Assembly (NCBI GenBank): GCA_964016885.1 | Contig: OZ024741.1 | Coordinates: 252,216,001 to 252,280,000 of the forward strand | DNA from: Eledone cirrhosa | Taxonomy: Eukaryota | Length of the DNA: 64,000 nucleotides | Reading direction: 5' to 3' | Shown: piece after piece, positions 51,013 through 63,915 of the stretch | Numbering within the stretch: the first letter of the stretch is position 1 | Layout of the letters: each line of letters opens with the position of its first letter | Position numbers and translations under genes: made by a program | Notes under the pieces: model-generated | Database searches by the model: none | Told to the model about the DNA's origin: nothing | The model's input: the letters and a program-made list of their open reading frames with translations, nothing else

Positions 51013-52440
51013 CTAATAATTGTTTCTACTTTTGGCACAAGGCCAGCAATTACCCAGTACATTACTGGTACTTTATTTTATCGACCCCGTGAGGATGAAA
51101 GGCAAAGTTAACCTCGGCGGTATTTGAACTCAGACCGTAAAGGGACGTAACTCCATGCTACAGATTCTGCCAATCCACCGCCCTAATGTCTGTACGTAAT
51201 GAGGGAGTGAGAGGGGAGAGAAAGAAAGGCAGAGGTGAAGTGACGAAGTGACTCTCTCCTCCTCCTCCTCCTCCTCCATCTCCCCATTCGTCACAGCGAT
51301 AGAGGGGAGGAATGTTAGTGTGTTACAAAGAGAAAGAGTGAGAGTGAGAGAAACAGACAGACTAAAAGAGAGGGATAGCTGGAGAGAGAGAGAGAGATAG
51401 CAACCACGCGCGCACGTGTTTCCACTGTCGGACAGACAGACAGAGAAATTGCTGGTTATATATTATAAGGAGATTGTCACTTATTTTCTCGAGGCGTAAC
51501 TGGTCGTATTTTTGTCCCTTATGTTGAGGAAAAAAACATAATTCTTGACAAAGGGCATAATTCTGGTTTGACCAGGCACAAAGGTTATATATGTAAAACG
51601 TCAGAGGTTAACTTTAACTTTGCCTTTTATCCTTACAAGATCGATAAAATAAAGCACCTGTTATACATTGGGGTCGATATAATCGACTTTCTCATCTCCT
51701 AAAATTGTTGGTCGCAGATCAAACTCAGAATGGCAATATCGATAGAGCATCAGACACCATGCTTTGCAGCATAGAGTTATGGCCCTTTACGTTCTGAGTT
51801 CAAATCCCACCGAAGCTAACTTTGTCTTTCATCCTTACGGGGTCAATAAAATAAAGCACCAGTAATTCACTGGAGTAATTGTTGGTCTTGTGCCAAAAGT
51901 AGAAAATTATTAAGGGCGGTGGTTTGACAGTATCGTAAGAGTGTCAGACAACATGCTTTGTGGCTTAGAGTTATGGCTCATTGAGTTCTAAGTTCAAATC
52001 CTGCCGAGTTTGACTTTGCTTTTCATCCGTATGTGGTCAATAGAATAAAACACCAGTAATGCACAGGGGTTCAATTTAGTCAACTATCCCCTTCCTTTCA
52101 AATTGTTGGCATTGTGCCAAAATCAGAGACAATTATTATGGAGTCGATAAAATATAGTACCAGTAACGCAATGAGGTCAATTTAATCGCCTTTCCTCTCC
52201 CCGCAAAATTTTTTCGCCTTTGGCCTGAGTCAGAAACCATTATTATTATTAAAGGGTTAGGGTTAGGGATTGGCAGTATTGGTAGAGCGTCGGACAATAT
52301 CCTTTGCGTCATAGAGTTATGGCCCTTTACGTTCTAAGTTCAAATCCCGGCGAGGTTGGCTTTGCCTTTCATCCTAATGGGGGTCGATGAAATAAAGTAC
52401 CAGTAATGCACTGGTGTTGATCCAATCAACTTTCCCCACC
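51013..52440. mobile_element. Cluster of Nin-domain-type SINEs (one minus copy at 51013-51185; about five head-to-tail plus copies or fragments at 51600-52440)
   Basis: Repeated GTTCAAATCC..CTTTCATCC..GTCGATAAAATAAAG..CCAG cores. Confidence 0.85.
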
Positions 52441-52565
52441 AATCAGATTGTACTTTAAAGAAATAGCAATCTGAGACACTTTTTTGCATAAAATGGAAAA
52501 CCATTTCCCAGCCTGTCAAATGCAAGGCACATCCTGGCATAACCATACAACTCTCCATCTCACCT

Positions 52566-52604
52566 AACTTTTGAAAATCATAAAACTGTGAAATCGGTAA
52601 AGTT
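52566..52604 (+). ncRNA. Hammerhead motif, U3-A8 variant
   Basis: AACUU-UUGAAAA-U-CA(UAAAAC)UG-U-GAA-AUCGGU-A^AAGUU. Confidence 0.6.
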
Positions 52605-52652
52605 TTTGTAAACAAATCTTAACAACTCCAATTGTATTTTCAATTATTTTTT

Positions 52653-52818
52653 TCCATTCTGAGTTGCAAATTCGTATTTACAACATGCGATTTTTGTAAA
52701 TTCATTGAGTGAGTGGATAATGGCAGAGCTAGATTAGATGGAATGCAAATGGATCCACTCACTCAGTGAATTTACAAAAATCGCATGGCCTAAATACAAA
52801 TTTGTAACTCAAAGTGGA
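52653..52818. repeat. 66-bp imperfect inverted repeat with 34-bp spacer
   Basis: Arms at 52653-52718 and 52753-52818. Confidence 0.85.
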
Positions 52819-53479
52819 TACTACACATTAATTAGTAGATAAAAGGGTTTGTATGGGAATAAATATTATGCTCCAAACTGTACAGTTTTAATACTACATC
52901 CTGTGTGCAACAAATACATCACCAAGCACTACACACAGAAGTCATGTTATATTTCCACCAATAACATATTACATAACTAGGATTGATGTAGAAAATCATC
53001 AGAGAAATTCAGTCCTAATCCGAACAGGAGATTTCATCCAAGAGGCTGCCAGAGTCATGAAATTTAACAGTGATAGTAGTTTCATACTGTGGCAGAATCA
53101 TGTAATCTTCTAAAGAGGAAGGCAGTGGAATTCAGCTGTTAGGAAGAAACAATGCAAAATTTGTATAAATCAAACTAATATAAAGAAAATAGGGTTCAAC
53201 TTACAATTAAAGGCCACCTGGGAAAAATTATAAATTAAGTATAACGACCTCTCCATTTAGACTCCATCTAGCTCTACAGTTATATAAGGGCGAAAGCAGC
53301 AATTCTTTGCTTAAACTTTAATCTGTTATTTTAATAAATATATATATATATACTAACTGGCATTCCATCGGTTACGATGACAAGTGCTCCAGTTGATCCA
53401 ATATCAACGGAACAGCATGCTCGTGAAATTATCATGCCAGTGGCTGAGCATTCCACAGACACATGTACTCAGGAAGATT

Positions 53480-53850
53480 CACCATGTTCTCACTTTGGCT
53501 GATATACTTTCAGAACACCCACTTCCACTGCGAATTTGGTCACCCAAGTAACAGAAGCTATCAACTACTTCTACAGAGAGCTCTGAGCTATTAAAAGGGC
53601 TTGTCTCTTGGTGCTTACTGCTCCTGTGCATCAATCACTTGCACAACCTATGTTCTTTTGTAACCTGTCTGAGATCCCACTACATCTCTTGTGTACCCAT
53701 AGTTTCTATTTGGGACATAAGATGGAATTTCAACCGACTCCTTTCCTGCACAATGAACAAGGTCATTTCCCTAAAGGGATTAGGACCCTGTTTTCCTTTC
53801 TATTTGTTAGAGCTTTAGCCTTTACCAAGTTGAATTTAAGACCTTGTGAA
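53480..53850 (-). pseudogene. Decayed RTE fragment (PHD region)
   Basis: Homologous to about 15900-16290. Encodes GKxPCSLCRKGVG and WVHKRCSGIS. Confidence 0.85.
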
Positions 53851-54165
53851 TTAGGATTCATTCAAAATTATTAATCTAAAGAAATGAATAACAAATATGA
53901 ATTTTACAAGATAGTTTAATACAATGTTAAGATATAAGGTTATATGATACAAATTTCTAAATATTAATAAAGACTTAATAATACTTCAACAAGTGTGCAG
54001 TGGGTATCAGTAATCTGGGTCAACATTTTCATAAATCTGATATTAATTTCAGCCTGGCTTAAGCATGATTAGAATAAAGTAGTATAGTTGATATGAAGCA
54101 TTGAGAGATATGTAATAAATATTTAAATAAATTTCAGAAAGCCAGTACAATGCAGTAGAAATATA

Positions 54166-54377
54166 CAGGGTGACCACAAAAACACACCAGCTACATTGTT
54201 GTGGAGTGAACGCCATCTTGAATTACACTGCCATCTAACAGATCGAGTCAATTCTGCAAATGAGGAAAGAAACCTTGTTAATTTACGCAACTGAAGCCAC
54301 CAATATTATAAGAATATTCAATTGAGTTTTGATATTATAAGTATTTGAAATCAAGGGATGTTTTTGTTGTCACCCTG
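54166..54377. mobile_element. Tc1/mariner-type MITE
   Basis: TA|CAGGGTGACCACAAAAACA ... TGTTTTTGTTGTCACCCTG. Confidence 0.75.
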
Positions 54378-55352
54378 CATAACAGGTAAAGGATGACAAA
54401 TAAAACAAAACAAATAATGTTTTACCCAGTATATTTCAACATAGTTCAGGGTTATTACGCTTTCTTCAAATGTCATAGTAAATTCAGCCTGGCACAGGCA
54501 TGATCAGAATAAAGTAGCATAGTATTATTCACTCTTGTGAAAATGTTTACATCAAAATTACTGAATTCTCAAATTTGACTCCATTGAGGGAGATAACTTA
54601 TAACATATAACAAAAATTATCCCTTCTGATCTTTCTAGTTATATATTTGTGCACAAAATATTATATGTAAATCACATATGATATCTCATAATCTCTCTCA
54701 AGGCAGTCATATGTAAACATAGAAACTCTGATGACTACTTGCAGGTTAGAGAAAAACTGCCTTATGTAAATTTAGATGTTGAAGTAGGAAACCAGACAGT
54801 AACCTTTTAAGTTATGTAATAAACATAAAGCTTTTCTTCTGTTTATAAATCTCTCTCATTGTATATTGATTATTACTCTACACACACAACAAATCCTCCA
54901 CCATATATATATATATGTGTGTGTGGGTGGGTGTGTATATATATGTGTGTGTGTGTGTGTCTGTGTGCGTGTGTGTGCGTATGTAAACGTGGTTGGTGTT
55001 AGGAAGGGCATGCAGCCATAGAAAACCCACCAGACAGTCCTATACAAGCAAGACAACTAATCTTGCCTCACGTGGGACAATTCCCGTCTAAACCCACACT
55101 AGCATGGGAAATAGACGTTAAACGATGATGATGATGATGATGATGATGATATATGTATGTATAAACAGAAATACATACACATCAATATCATCACATATAA
55201 ATATCTGTGTACATTAGTATATGTATACATATATTCTAAATAGTTGTTCTTACATACATATATTCTATATAGTTGTTCTTACATACATATATTCTATATA
55301 GTTGTTCTTACATACATATATTCTATATAGTTGTTCTTACATACATATATTC

Positions 55353-55767
55353 TATGGTGGCTGCCAACTCGTTTTCGAGTACGGCCACTACTTTATATCC
55401 ATGTAGGAGAACCCCTACTGATGCGCTGAACGAGTGTGACTTTTTAGTCCAGCCAGCGACTTGAAACCTCTGGTACAAACACTACACTTGTGACAATTAC
55501 TGACACATAGTGCTCGGCCCATTGTACCCTGTGATGACAAGTGCAGAGAGATCTCCAGATATAAAGCAATGCCTGTGCCGTGAAGCTTTTATAGTGAGCA
55601 AAGGCACTGCACAAAGCCAGTCCCACTCTCTTAACCAAGATGATATTTACCAAAAAGAAGAACAAGTCAACATCATTGGATACCATCAGGGTTGCAGGTG
55701 TTATATCAGAGTATTCCTTCTCCTAGAATTCTGCCTTGACAAAGGCTAAGGGGTCATCTCTCCCGGG
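55353..55767 (-). mobile_element. Family X copy inserted into a 32-bp minisatellite
   Basis: Reverse complement of about 11928-12335. The minisatellite unit (tattctatatagttgttcttacatacatata-like) lies on both sides. Confidence 0.8.
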
Positions 55768-56091
55768 TATATATTCTATATAGTTGTTCTTACATACATA
55801 TATTCTATATAGTTGTTCTTACATACATATATATATATGTGAATATATGAGTGTGCACCTTATATTTATACTGTATGTAAAATCTGTACTGCCATTATTC
55901 TCACTTTCTCTATTTCATTGTCTCTCATTCTTTGTCACAAACATTCTATTTCATAAATCAAAACTTACTAATATGTATGCAGACAATGATGTCTGTTTAA
56001 ATACAAGTACACAAGTCTCTGTATTCTGTATACCTATATAGATCAGTATATATATATATATATGCATATATATGTGTATATTATATATAAG

Positions 56092-56165
<74 letters not shown>

Positions 56166-56171
56166 TGTATA

Positions 56172-56234
<63 letters not shown>

Positions 56235-56239
56235 GTATA

Positions 56240-56316
<77 letters not shown>

Positions 56317-56342
56317 GTATACTCATATATATATATATATAT

Positions 56343-56671
56343 ATCATCATCATCATCATCAACGTTTAACGTCCGTGTTCGACGCTTGCATGGGTTTGGA
56401 CGGGAGTTTTCCCACTTGAGGCAAGAGTGATTGTCTTGCTCGCATAGGACTGTCTGGCGGGTTTTCTACAGCTGGATGCCCTTCCTAACACCAACCACAT
56501 TTACAGTGTGGGTCTGGGTGGTATATATATATATATACAACCCATGCAAGCGTGGAAGATGGACGTTAAACGATGATGATGATGATGATGATGATATATA
56601 CATATATATATATATATATTTATACATATATATATGTATACATATATATATATGTATACATATATATATAC

Positions 56672-56707
<36 letters not shown>

Positions 56708-57233
56708 GTATACATATATGTATATGTATACATATATATATATGTATACATATATATATACACTTACACCTCTCCAAGACAATGTCACTCGACCGAGACC
56801 TTTGGCGGTACTCAGTAACAGAGAAGACCCGCGTTACCTAAATATAAAGTAAAACCTACTACAGTCAGTAGGCATCTCTAACAAAATACCCACCCCCCAC
56901 CCCACCCCCATCCACACCGCCCCTTTCAATGTAAAATTATGTTGGGGCCACAAAATCCAGGCCGAAACAAATGAGATCGTGTAGGTGTCACGAAAAAAAA
57001 ACACACAGTCCACGCTGTAATGTGGCCATGTAGGCAACACGGTAAAAACCTCCCAGTCCCACACTGTAAATGTGGTTGGTGTTAGGAAGGGCATCCAGCT
57101 GTAGAAAACCCGCCCGACAGTCCTATGCGAGCAAGACAACCACTCTTGCCTCAAGTGGGAAAACTCCCGTCCAAACCCATGCAAGCGTGGAACACGGACG
57201 CTAAACCTGATGATGATGATGATGATGATGATG

Positions 57234-57265
<32 letters not shown>

Positions 57266-57457
57266 GCATATATGCGTATATATATATATATATATATATA
57301 TTGGAGGTGGTGAGAGCTGACCTCAGATCGCTGAAGCTCACGGAGAAGATGACGAAGGACCGTGACGAATGGAGAGATGCTGTGCTGAATAGGACCCATC
57401 CCACCCTTGCAAGCAGGGAAAAGTGGACATAAAATGATCTTGATGATGATGATGATG
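56343..57457. mobile_element. Pile of RTE 3' fragments (56343-56522 -, 56538-56594 +, 56759-57234 +, 57301-57457 +)
   Basis: Each matches the 3' end of a long RTE copy and ends in (GAT)n. They are separated by (TA)n. Confidence 0.9.
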
Positions 57458-57460
57458 ATA

Positions 57461-57496
<36 letters not shown>

Positions 57497-57742
57497 TATA
57501 ACATGTAGGATGCACCACCGTCGCCTCCATCATGCTTTCCATGCAACTCACAAGTCTTAACATCCCACTCCTCATCTGTGCTCCCAGATCTACCTCCTCA
57601 ATCCCCACTCACCTCCCCCACCCAAGTCATCATTCCGCACTGTAAAGTGGTCATGTAGATGTATATATATATACATATATATGTATATATATGTATATAT
57701 ATGTATATGTATATATATATACATATATATGTATATATATGT

Positions 57743-57773
<31 letters not shown>

Positions 57774-57802
57774 AGTGTATATATATATATATATATATAT
57801 AT

Positions 57803-60800
57803 ATCATCATCATCATCAACGTTTAACGTCCGTGTTCCACGCTTGCATGGGTTTGGATGGGGGTTTTCCCACTTGAGGCAAGAGTGATTATCTTGCTCGC
57901 ATAGGACTGTCTGGCAGGTTTTCTACAGCTGGATGCCCTTCCTAACACCAACCATATTTACAGTGTTGGGCTGGGAGGTTTTTACCGTGTTGCCTACACG
58001 GCCACATTTACAGCGTGGACTATGTGTTTTTTTGTCGTGACACCTACACGATCTCATTTGTTTCGGCCTGGATGTTGTGGCACCAACATAACTTTACATT
58101 GAAAGGGGCGGTGTGGATGGGGTGGGGGTGGTGGGACGGGGTGTATTTTGTTAGAGATGCCTACTGACTGTAGTAGGTTTTACTTTGTATTTAGGTAAGG
58201 CGGGTCTTCTCTATTACTGAGTACCGCCAAAAGTCTCGGTCCAGTGACATTGTCTTGGTGAGGTGTAAATGTGTGAGGTCGGAATTTATCAGCTCGTCCC
58301 AGGTCTTTCTGGGTCTGCCTACTCCGTGGCTACCGTCTATCTTTATTGCCCTGCACTTTGTTATACAGCTATCGTCTTTCATGCGCATCACGTGACCATA
58401 CCAACGTAGCCTTCTCTTGAGTAAACAACATCTGATCCCTCTTATTTCTAATTTTTTCCTTAGTTCGTTTATGATTTGCCGTTCACGTATATTACTATTA
58501 CACATCCAGCGGAGCATGCAATCTTCGTTTCTCTCTAGTCTGCATATATCCTCTGCACACAATGCCCAGGTCTCACTGCCATGCAACATTGCTGTTCGTA
58601 TGCAGGCATCATACAACCTGCCTTTCATTTTTAGGGAGAACCCTTTAGCGGCTAATAGTGGTATAAGCTCTCTGAACTTTTTCCATCCAGTTCTGACTCT
58701 AGCTACTGTACTTTCAGAGCACCCTCCCCCACTGCTGATTTTGTCACCCAGGTAACGGAAGCTGTCCACTATTTCTATAGAACCCTCTGCGCAGTTGAAA
58801 GAGCTAGTATTTTGTGGGCACTTGCTGCTACTTATTGCACCAGAGCACCGACCACATGTAAAATCTATGTTCTTAGTTAGCTTACCTTTGATCCCACTAC
58901 ATCTTTTATGCACCCATACTTTGCATTTGGGACACAAAATGGAGTTTCTACCTACGCCTTTCCTACACACTGAGCATGGCCACTTCCCGGAAGGGACCGC
59001 CGCCTTATTTTCTTTCTTACAAACTAGAACTTTAGTCTTAGCCAGGTTAATTTTAAGGCCTTTTGATTCTAGGCCGTGCTTCCATGTTTGGAATTTCTTC
59101 TCTAGCTCGGCCATTGATTCAGCTATGAGTGTTAGGTCATCTGCGTATAGGAGTTCCCATGGGCAACCGGTCTTGAACTCCTCTGTTATAGCCTGAAGGG
59201 CAATAATAAATAGTAGGGGGCTGAGAACAGAGCCCTGATGGACGCCAACTTTTACGTTAAATTCTTCACTATATTCGTTGTTAATTCTAACCTTGCTGAC
59301 TGTTTCTTTATACATGGCTTGTATAGCTCTCACAAGCCATTCGTCAACACCTAGTTTTCTAAGAGCCCACCAGATAATGGAACGGGGGACTCTGTTGAAG
59401 GCTTTCTCCAAGTCGACAAAAGCTAAGTATAGGGGTTTACTTTTAGCTAGGTACTTCTCCTGTAGTTGTCGTCCAATGAAAAGAGCATCTGGGGTACTTT
59501 TGCCTGACACAAACCCGAACTGCATTTCATCTAGATCAATTCTCTCTCTGATTAGTTGCGCTATTACTTTTTCCGTGACCTTCATGACCTGGTCGATTAA
59601 TTTAATGCCTCTATAGTTACTCCTATCTAGGGCATCTCCTTTACCCTTATAACAGTTAAGGATGATGCTGCTACGCCAGTCCTCCGGAACAACCCCATTC
59701 TGTACGACTTGGTTAACTATCCGGGTGACCATGGTGTGTCCCACCGTACCAGATGCATTCAGCATCTCGGCAACTATTTCCGAAGGCCCAGCCGCCTTAC
59801 CCGTCTTCATATCTTTGATTGCCTTACTTATTGTACTACCCTCGACTAACACTGCTGGTCCCTCTATTGGGTCGATGTGGGGGAGACTGTCTTTCTCCCA
59901 TTTATTCTCCTCATTTAGTAGCCTTTCATAGTGACACTTCCAAGCTACCTTCTTATCAGCGTCGGTGATGGCAAGTACGCCGTCATCATTAAGTACACAC
60001 TTCTCCCCGACAATATCACGGTTTTCCTTGACACATTGCCTAGCAATCCTGAACACCTCACGTTTTTGGTCCTCGCATTGTAGAACATGCTTGAACTTTC
60101 TTTCCTCTGCTTCCCTTCTTGCGAAGTACACTTGTCTCCTAGCTTCCCTCCTGGCCACTTGATAGTCTTCTCTGCTTCCCCCGTCCCGCCATACTTTCCA
60201 AGCCTGCTTTTTGGCCTTAATTGACCCCTCCACCTTACTGTTCCACCACCATGTTACTCTCCTCCTGCCTACAGGCCTGCTCCAGCCACAGACTTCGTCT
60301 GCCACCATCAGCAGGTTTGCTTTCAGGAATTCCCACTGCTCCTCTATATTGTACGACTCTAATTGCTCTTCCTTACTGTCGAAAGCATCAAGTAGTATAC
60401 TTTTGAATTTATTTCTGGCTGTGGGGTCCTTTAGCTTCCATATTTTTCTCCTGAGGATAGTCCTCTTCTGTTGTCTAGTACGTCTCGTCCTGACTATTAG
60501 GTCACTAATTATCAGTCTATGTTGGGAGGTGCATTCTTCATGGGGGAGGGATTTAGTGTTTACAACAGACACTCTGTCACGTCTTCTGGTAAGGATATAA
60601 TCTACCTGGCTTGTGTGTTCCCCCGATCTATAGGTGATCAGGTGATTGTCACGTTTTTTGAAGATAGTTAGGTTATTTGCGTCACAGAATTCCAGGATTC
60701 TGGAGCCTTCCTCATTTCTAGTACCAAACCCATAGCCTCCATGGATTTCGTCGTAGCCGTCACAATGTTGTCCAACGTGATCACTTAGGTCGCCTGCAAT

Positions 60801-61122
60801 AATTATATAGTCACTGTCGGTTATTTGGGAGGTAGTGAACATCAGTGTCTCATAGAATCTGTCTTTTATAGTGCCGGGCAGTCCGGATTGAGGTGCGTAC
60901 GCAGATATTACTGTCACCGTAGTTCTATTGAGGACAAGTCTTATTTTAATTATTCTGTCGTTCACTCTATTTACGTCTATTATCTTATCTGCCCACTTTT
61001 CTGCTACCATGACGCCTACTCCACCCAGCCCATTGTCATTTCCCACCCAGAAAAGCTTATAGCATCGTTTTTTACCCACAATGAATCTAGCAGACCCACC
61101 CCTCCACCTGGTCTCTTGAATA
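57803..61122 (-). mobile_element. RTE LINE, slightly 5'-truncated; sister copy of 15042-18579
   Basis: Colinear and highly similar to the 15-18 kb copy. Begins at IQETRWRGG. Confidence 0.96.
58191..61079 (-). CDS. RTE APE-RT ORF (962 aa), N-terminally truncated and probably defective
   Basis: Same motifs as the 15-18 kb copy. It lacks the first APE motif, GDLN has become GDLS, and there is a 4-codon deletion (CNTN). Confidence 0.9.
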   Translation of the reverse strand: MGKKRCYKLFWVGNDNGLGGVGVMVAEKWADKIIDVNRVNDRIIKIRLVLNRTTVTVISAYAPQSGLPGTIKDRFYETLMFTTSQITDSDYIIIAGDLSDHVGQHCDGYDEIHGGYGFGTRNEEGSRILEFCDANNLTIFKKRDNHLITYRSGEHTSQVDYILTRRRDRVSVVNTKSLPHEECTSQHRLIISDLIVRTRRTRQQKRTILRRKIWKLKDPTARNKFKSILLDAFDSKEEQLESYNIEEQWEFLKANLLMVADEVCGWSRPVGRRRVTWWWNSKVEGSIKAKKQAWKVWRDGGSREDYQVARREARRQVYFARREAEERKFKHVLQCEDQKREVFRIARQCVKENRDIVGEKCVLNDDGVLAITDADKKVAWKCHYERLLNEENKWEKDSLPHIDPIEGPAVLVEGSTISKAIKDMKTGKAAGPSEIVAEMLNASGTVGHTMVTRIVNQVVQNGVVPEDWRSSIILNCYKGKGDALDRSNYRGIKLIDQVMKVTEKVIAQLIRERIDLDEMQFGFVSGKSTPDALFIGRQLQEKYLAKSKPLYLAFVDLEKAFNRVPRSIIWWALRKLGVDEWLVRAIQAMYKETVSKVRINNEYSEEFNVKVGVHQGSVLSPLLFIIALQAITEEFKTGCPWELLYADDLTLIAESMAELEKKFQTWKHGLESKGLKINLAKTKVLVCKKENKAAVPSGKWPCSVCRKGVGRNSILCPKCKVWVHKRCSGIKGKLTKNIDFTCGRCSGAISSSKCPQNTSSFNCAEGSIEIVDSFRYLGDKISSGGGCSESTVARVRTGWKKFRELIPLLAAKGFSLKMKGRLYDACIRTAMLHGSETWALCAEDICRLERNEDCMLRWMCNSNIRERQIINELRKKLEIRGIRCCLLKRRLRWYGHVMRMKDDSCITKCRAIKIDGSHGVGRPRKTWDELINSDLTHLHLTKTMSLDRDFWRYSVIEKTRLT

Positions 61123-61899
61123 TATATATTTAAAAGTTAATCAAGGTTTAATGAATACATCAAAGAATGAGTTTTACAATAGATTGGAAGCACTCAACAG
61201 ATATGTTTTCCAGAGTTATTAATATTAATTCAGAATATTAACGAAATAGATATTCTTGTGATCAATTATATTTTATTATACATATTTCAGAGGTACTGAG
61301 TTAAGTTCAACAGTACGTCCTCATCAGATAAAATAAAATGATGCATGACATACCCTGACATAGTAGATGGTTAAGATTCAGTCATGGTAGTGATTAACAT
61401 ATGACAAAACTCAATATTTATACCCTAATATTAAGAACATGAGAAAAATATATAATACAAAAAATAGAGAGGGTGCGTGTAATACAGCTTAAAATATACA
61501 TGGCATCAATATAACAGTTAAAAAAATTTTTTTTTTAACAACTGAAGAAAGAGGAAAGAAAGGAAAGCATAGAGGAAGAAACAGCTGATGTGATAATATA
61601 TTTAGTAGGTGGCTCGAAAAAAAAATGAAAGATGATTAAAGAGAGGGAGAGAGACAAAGGGGAGTAATTTATGTTCAAGTTTATCGACAATTTTCCATAT
61701 ATGCAATATATATCCAAATTTATTTAGTTGACCGTTACCATTCAAAATATTCAATCTAAGTTATTTCAGAGTAATGAGTAATATTTTAGGTTTTAAAAGT
61801 TAATAGGTATTTGTATTAATATTATATTATACTATCAAGTTTAATTTCTAAAATTCAAATTTTTTTAAAACAAATTTAAAGGATTTACGAAACACGAGA

Positions 61900-63915
61900 A
61901 AGAAAATATATAATGCTTTTATACCCTCACGAAGGTAATCTTTACCAAAATTATTTATAATATTGACAACAGTTTATATAATATAATTTATGAAATAATT
62001 ATAGTTATAATTATTAAAGAATTTATGATTAAATAGTTTGAGTGCCTAAAGGATCAACCGGCCTTATAACTAAACTTAAAGAAGTCTGAATTTTTAATTA
62101 TATATATGTGTTAATAAAAAAAATATACAAAGATTATAATGTCTAAAGGCTTAAGGTGATCCATTTGAAATATATATAATATAATACAATAATATAATAT
62201 AGTAAATAAGTTACTGAAAATATTGTTAAAAAATATTTCTCAAGTAAACAAGTTATCAAAAGAGTATCCTTCATTCTAACATTAATTCTATCACAAATGA
62301 TTAGAAGATAAAGCATTATTTAAGTTTTATAAACCGTTATGACTTTTTATTCCCAACAGTTGATAAGAGACATCAAAAATTAAGGCCTGATTGTTTAGTG
62401 TTTCTTCCTGACTTTTTGCGAGGCTTGGAATGTAGACAAAACTTTATGAAGTTTTCATAATTAGTAATTATTAATAGGGTCTCCTTTGTGCAGAGGTTGC
62501 AGTTAGTTGATATAGAAGAGTTTGTATATATTTTACTATTACAAAGCTTCGTCAAAAGATCGAATATTTTAAATTTTTGTCTTTTAATGACCATATAAGT
62601 TGTGATAAAGAAGTCGAAGACTTCCTATTAAAATTCGAAAATTAAAATTCGAAAATTCGAAAATGTTAATAATGCTTTATCTTCTAATCATTTGATAGAA
62701 TTAATGTTAGAATGAAGGATCCTCTTTTGATAACTTGTTTACTTGATAAATATGCACACCTTAGGTTTTTTTTAGATATTTATAATTTTGATTCGGATCT
62801 TTATTTATCTGTTTCTATTTTAAATGTATAATTTGAATATTTAACTTGTAAATTTACCGATTATAATTGAACTGTGGATCATTCATGCGTTTGCATATTT
62901 TACTCATTTTGAGTAAGTTTTGGAGACTCAGAAAGTTAGATTTGCATTTATTTATTTTTTATATATATCTAGGTATAAATATAACAAACCATAATAGTCG
63001 ACAAATATTGGTCTCTCTCTCCACTGAACTGGAGGTAAAACTACAATTATAGTATTACTAATAATGATTATAATTATTTATTTATTAAATCTATACCGTT
63101 TCAACAATACCTATATCTCTATATAGTTGTACAAATATGTTTATCTAGTGTAACAACATACCCGTAGTTACATTTCTAAATAATTTAGATACTCAAATGA
63201 CTATATTGTTATAAGTGTTTGATATTCCCTGGAAGTTCGAATGTATATAATGATTTTTACTTAATTTAATATAATTTAATTTATTTTATTTTAATTAAAT
63301 TTAGATTACCTTCGGCTTTTTCAAATATTTAGCTCCTCTTTCTATCACCTTTGCTAAAATATTTTAGACGTATCTTTTGCCTACTATATATTAAAACCCT
63401 ATTACATATATAATATATTTTTAATATTGGGCATTTTTAAGTTTCACAAACAATTCATTATTTTTAATTTTTATATTTATTTTGTATCTAGCCCCTATCA
63501 TTAGGACTTATCTAGTTTTGACTTAAATGTTTATATCAACTAAATGAAAACAATTGATATAAAACATTAATTTTTAACAATATTTTTTAACAATATTTTC
63601 AGTAACTTATTTACTATATTATATTATTGTATTATATTATATATATTTCAAATGGATCACCTTAAGCCTTTAGACATTATAATCCTTGTATATTTTTTTA
63701 TTAACACATATATATAATTAAAAATTCAGACTTCTTTAAGTTTAGTTATAAGGCCGGTTGATCCTTTAGGCACTCAAACTATTTAATCATAAATTCTTTA
63801 ATAATTGTAACTATAATTATTTTATAAATTATATTATATAAACTGTTGTCAATATTATAAATAATTTTGGTAAAGATTACCTTTGTGAGGGTATAAAAGC
63901 ATTATATATTTTCTT
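61900..63915. mobile_element. About 338-bp inverted repeats enclosing a heavily decayed Penelope-like RT/EN remnant
   Basis: Arms at 61900-62237 and 63579-63915, with a nested inversion (about 62232-62320 vs 62668-62753). Minus-strand peptides QLYRDIGIV, KSNFLSLQNLLKMSKICKRM and NCNLCTKETLLII resemble Penelope RT and EN motifs. Confidence 0.6.

Noticed and set aside
52820-53340. Possible host exons in unique-looking stretches (also 8600-8930, 11280-11700, 25240-25440 and 32460-33190)
   Set aside because: No recognisable protein motif or convincing splice-flanked open frame. Small exons cannot be excluded without RNA-seq.
61130-63915. Mitochondrial insertion or rRNA fragment (AT-rich, contains GGATCACCTT)
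   Set aside because: No other rRNA, tRNA or mitochondrial protein motif is recognisable, and the residual peptides fit Penelope better.
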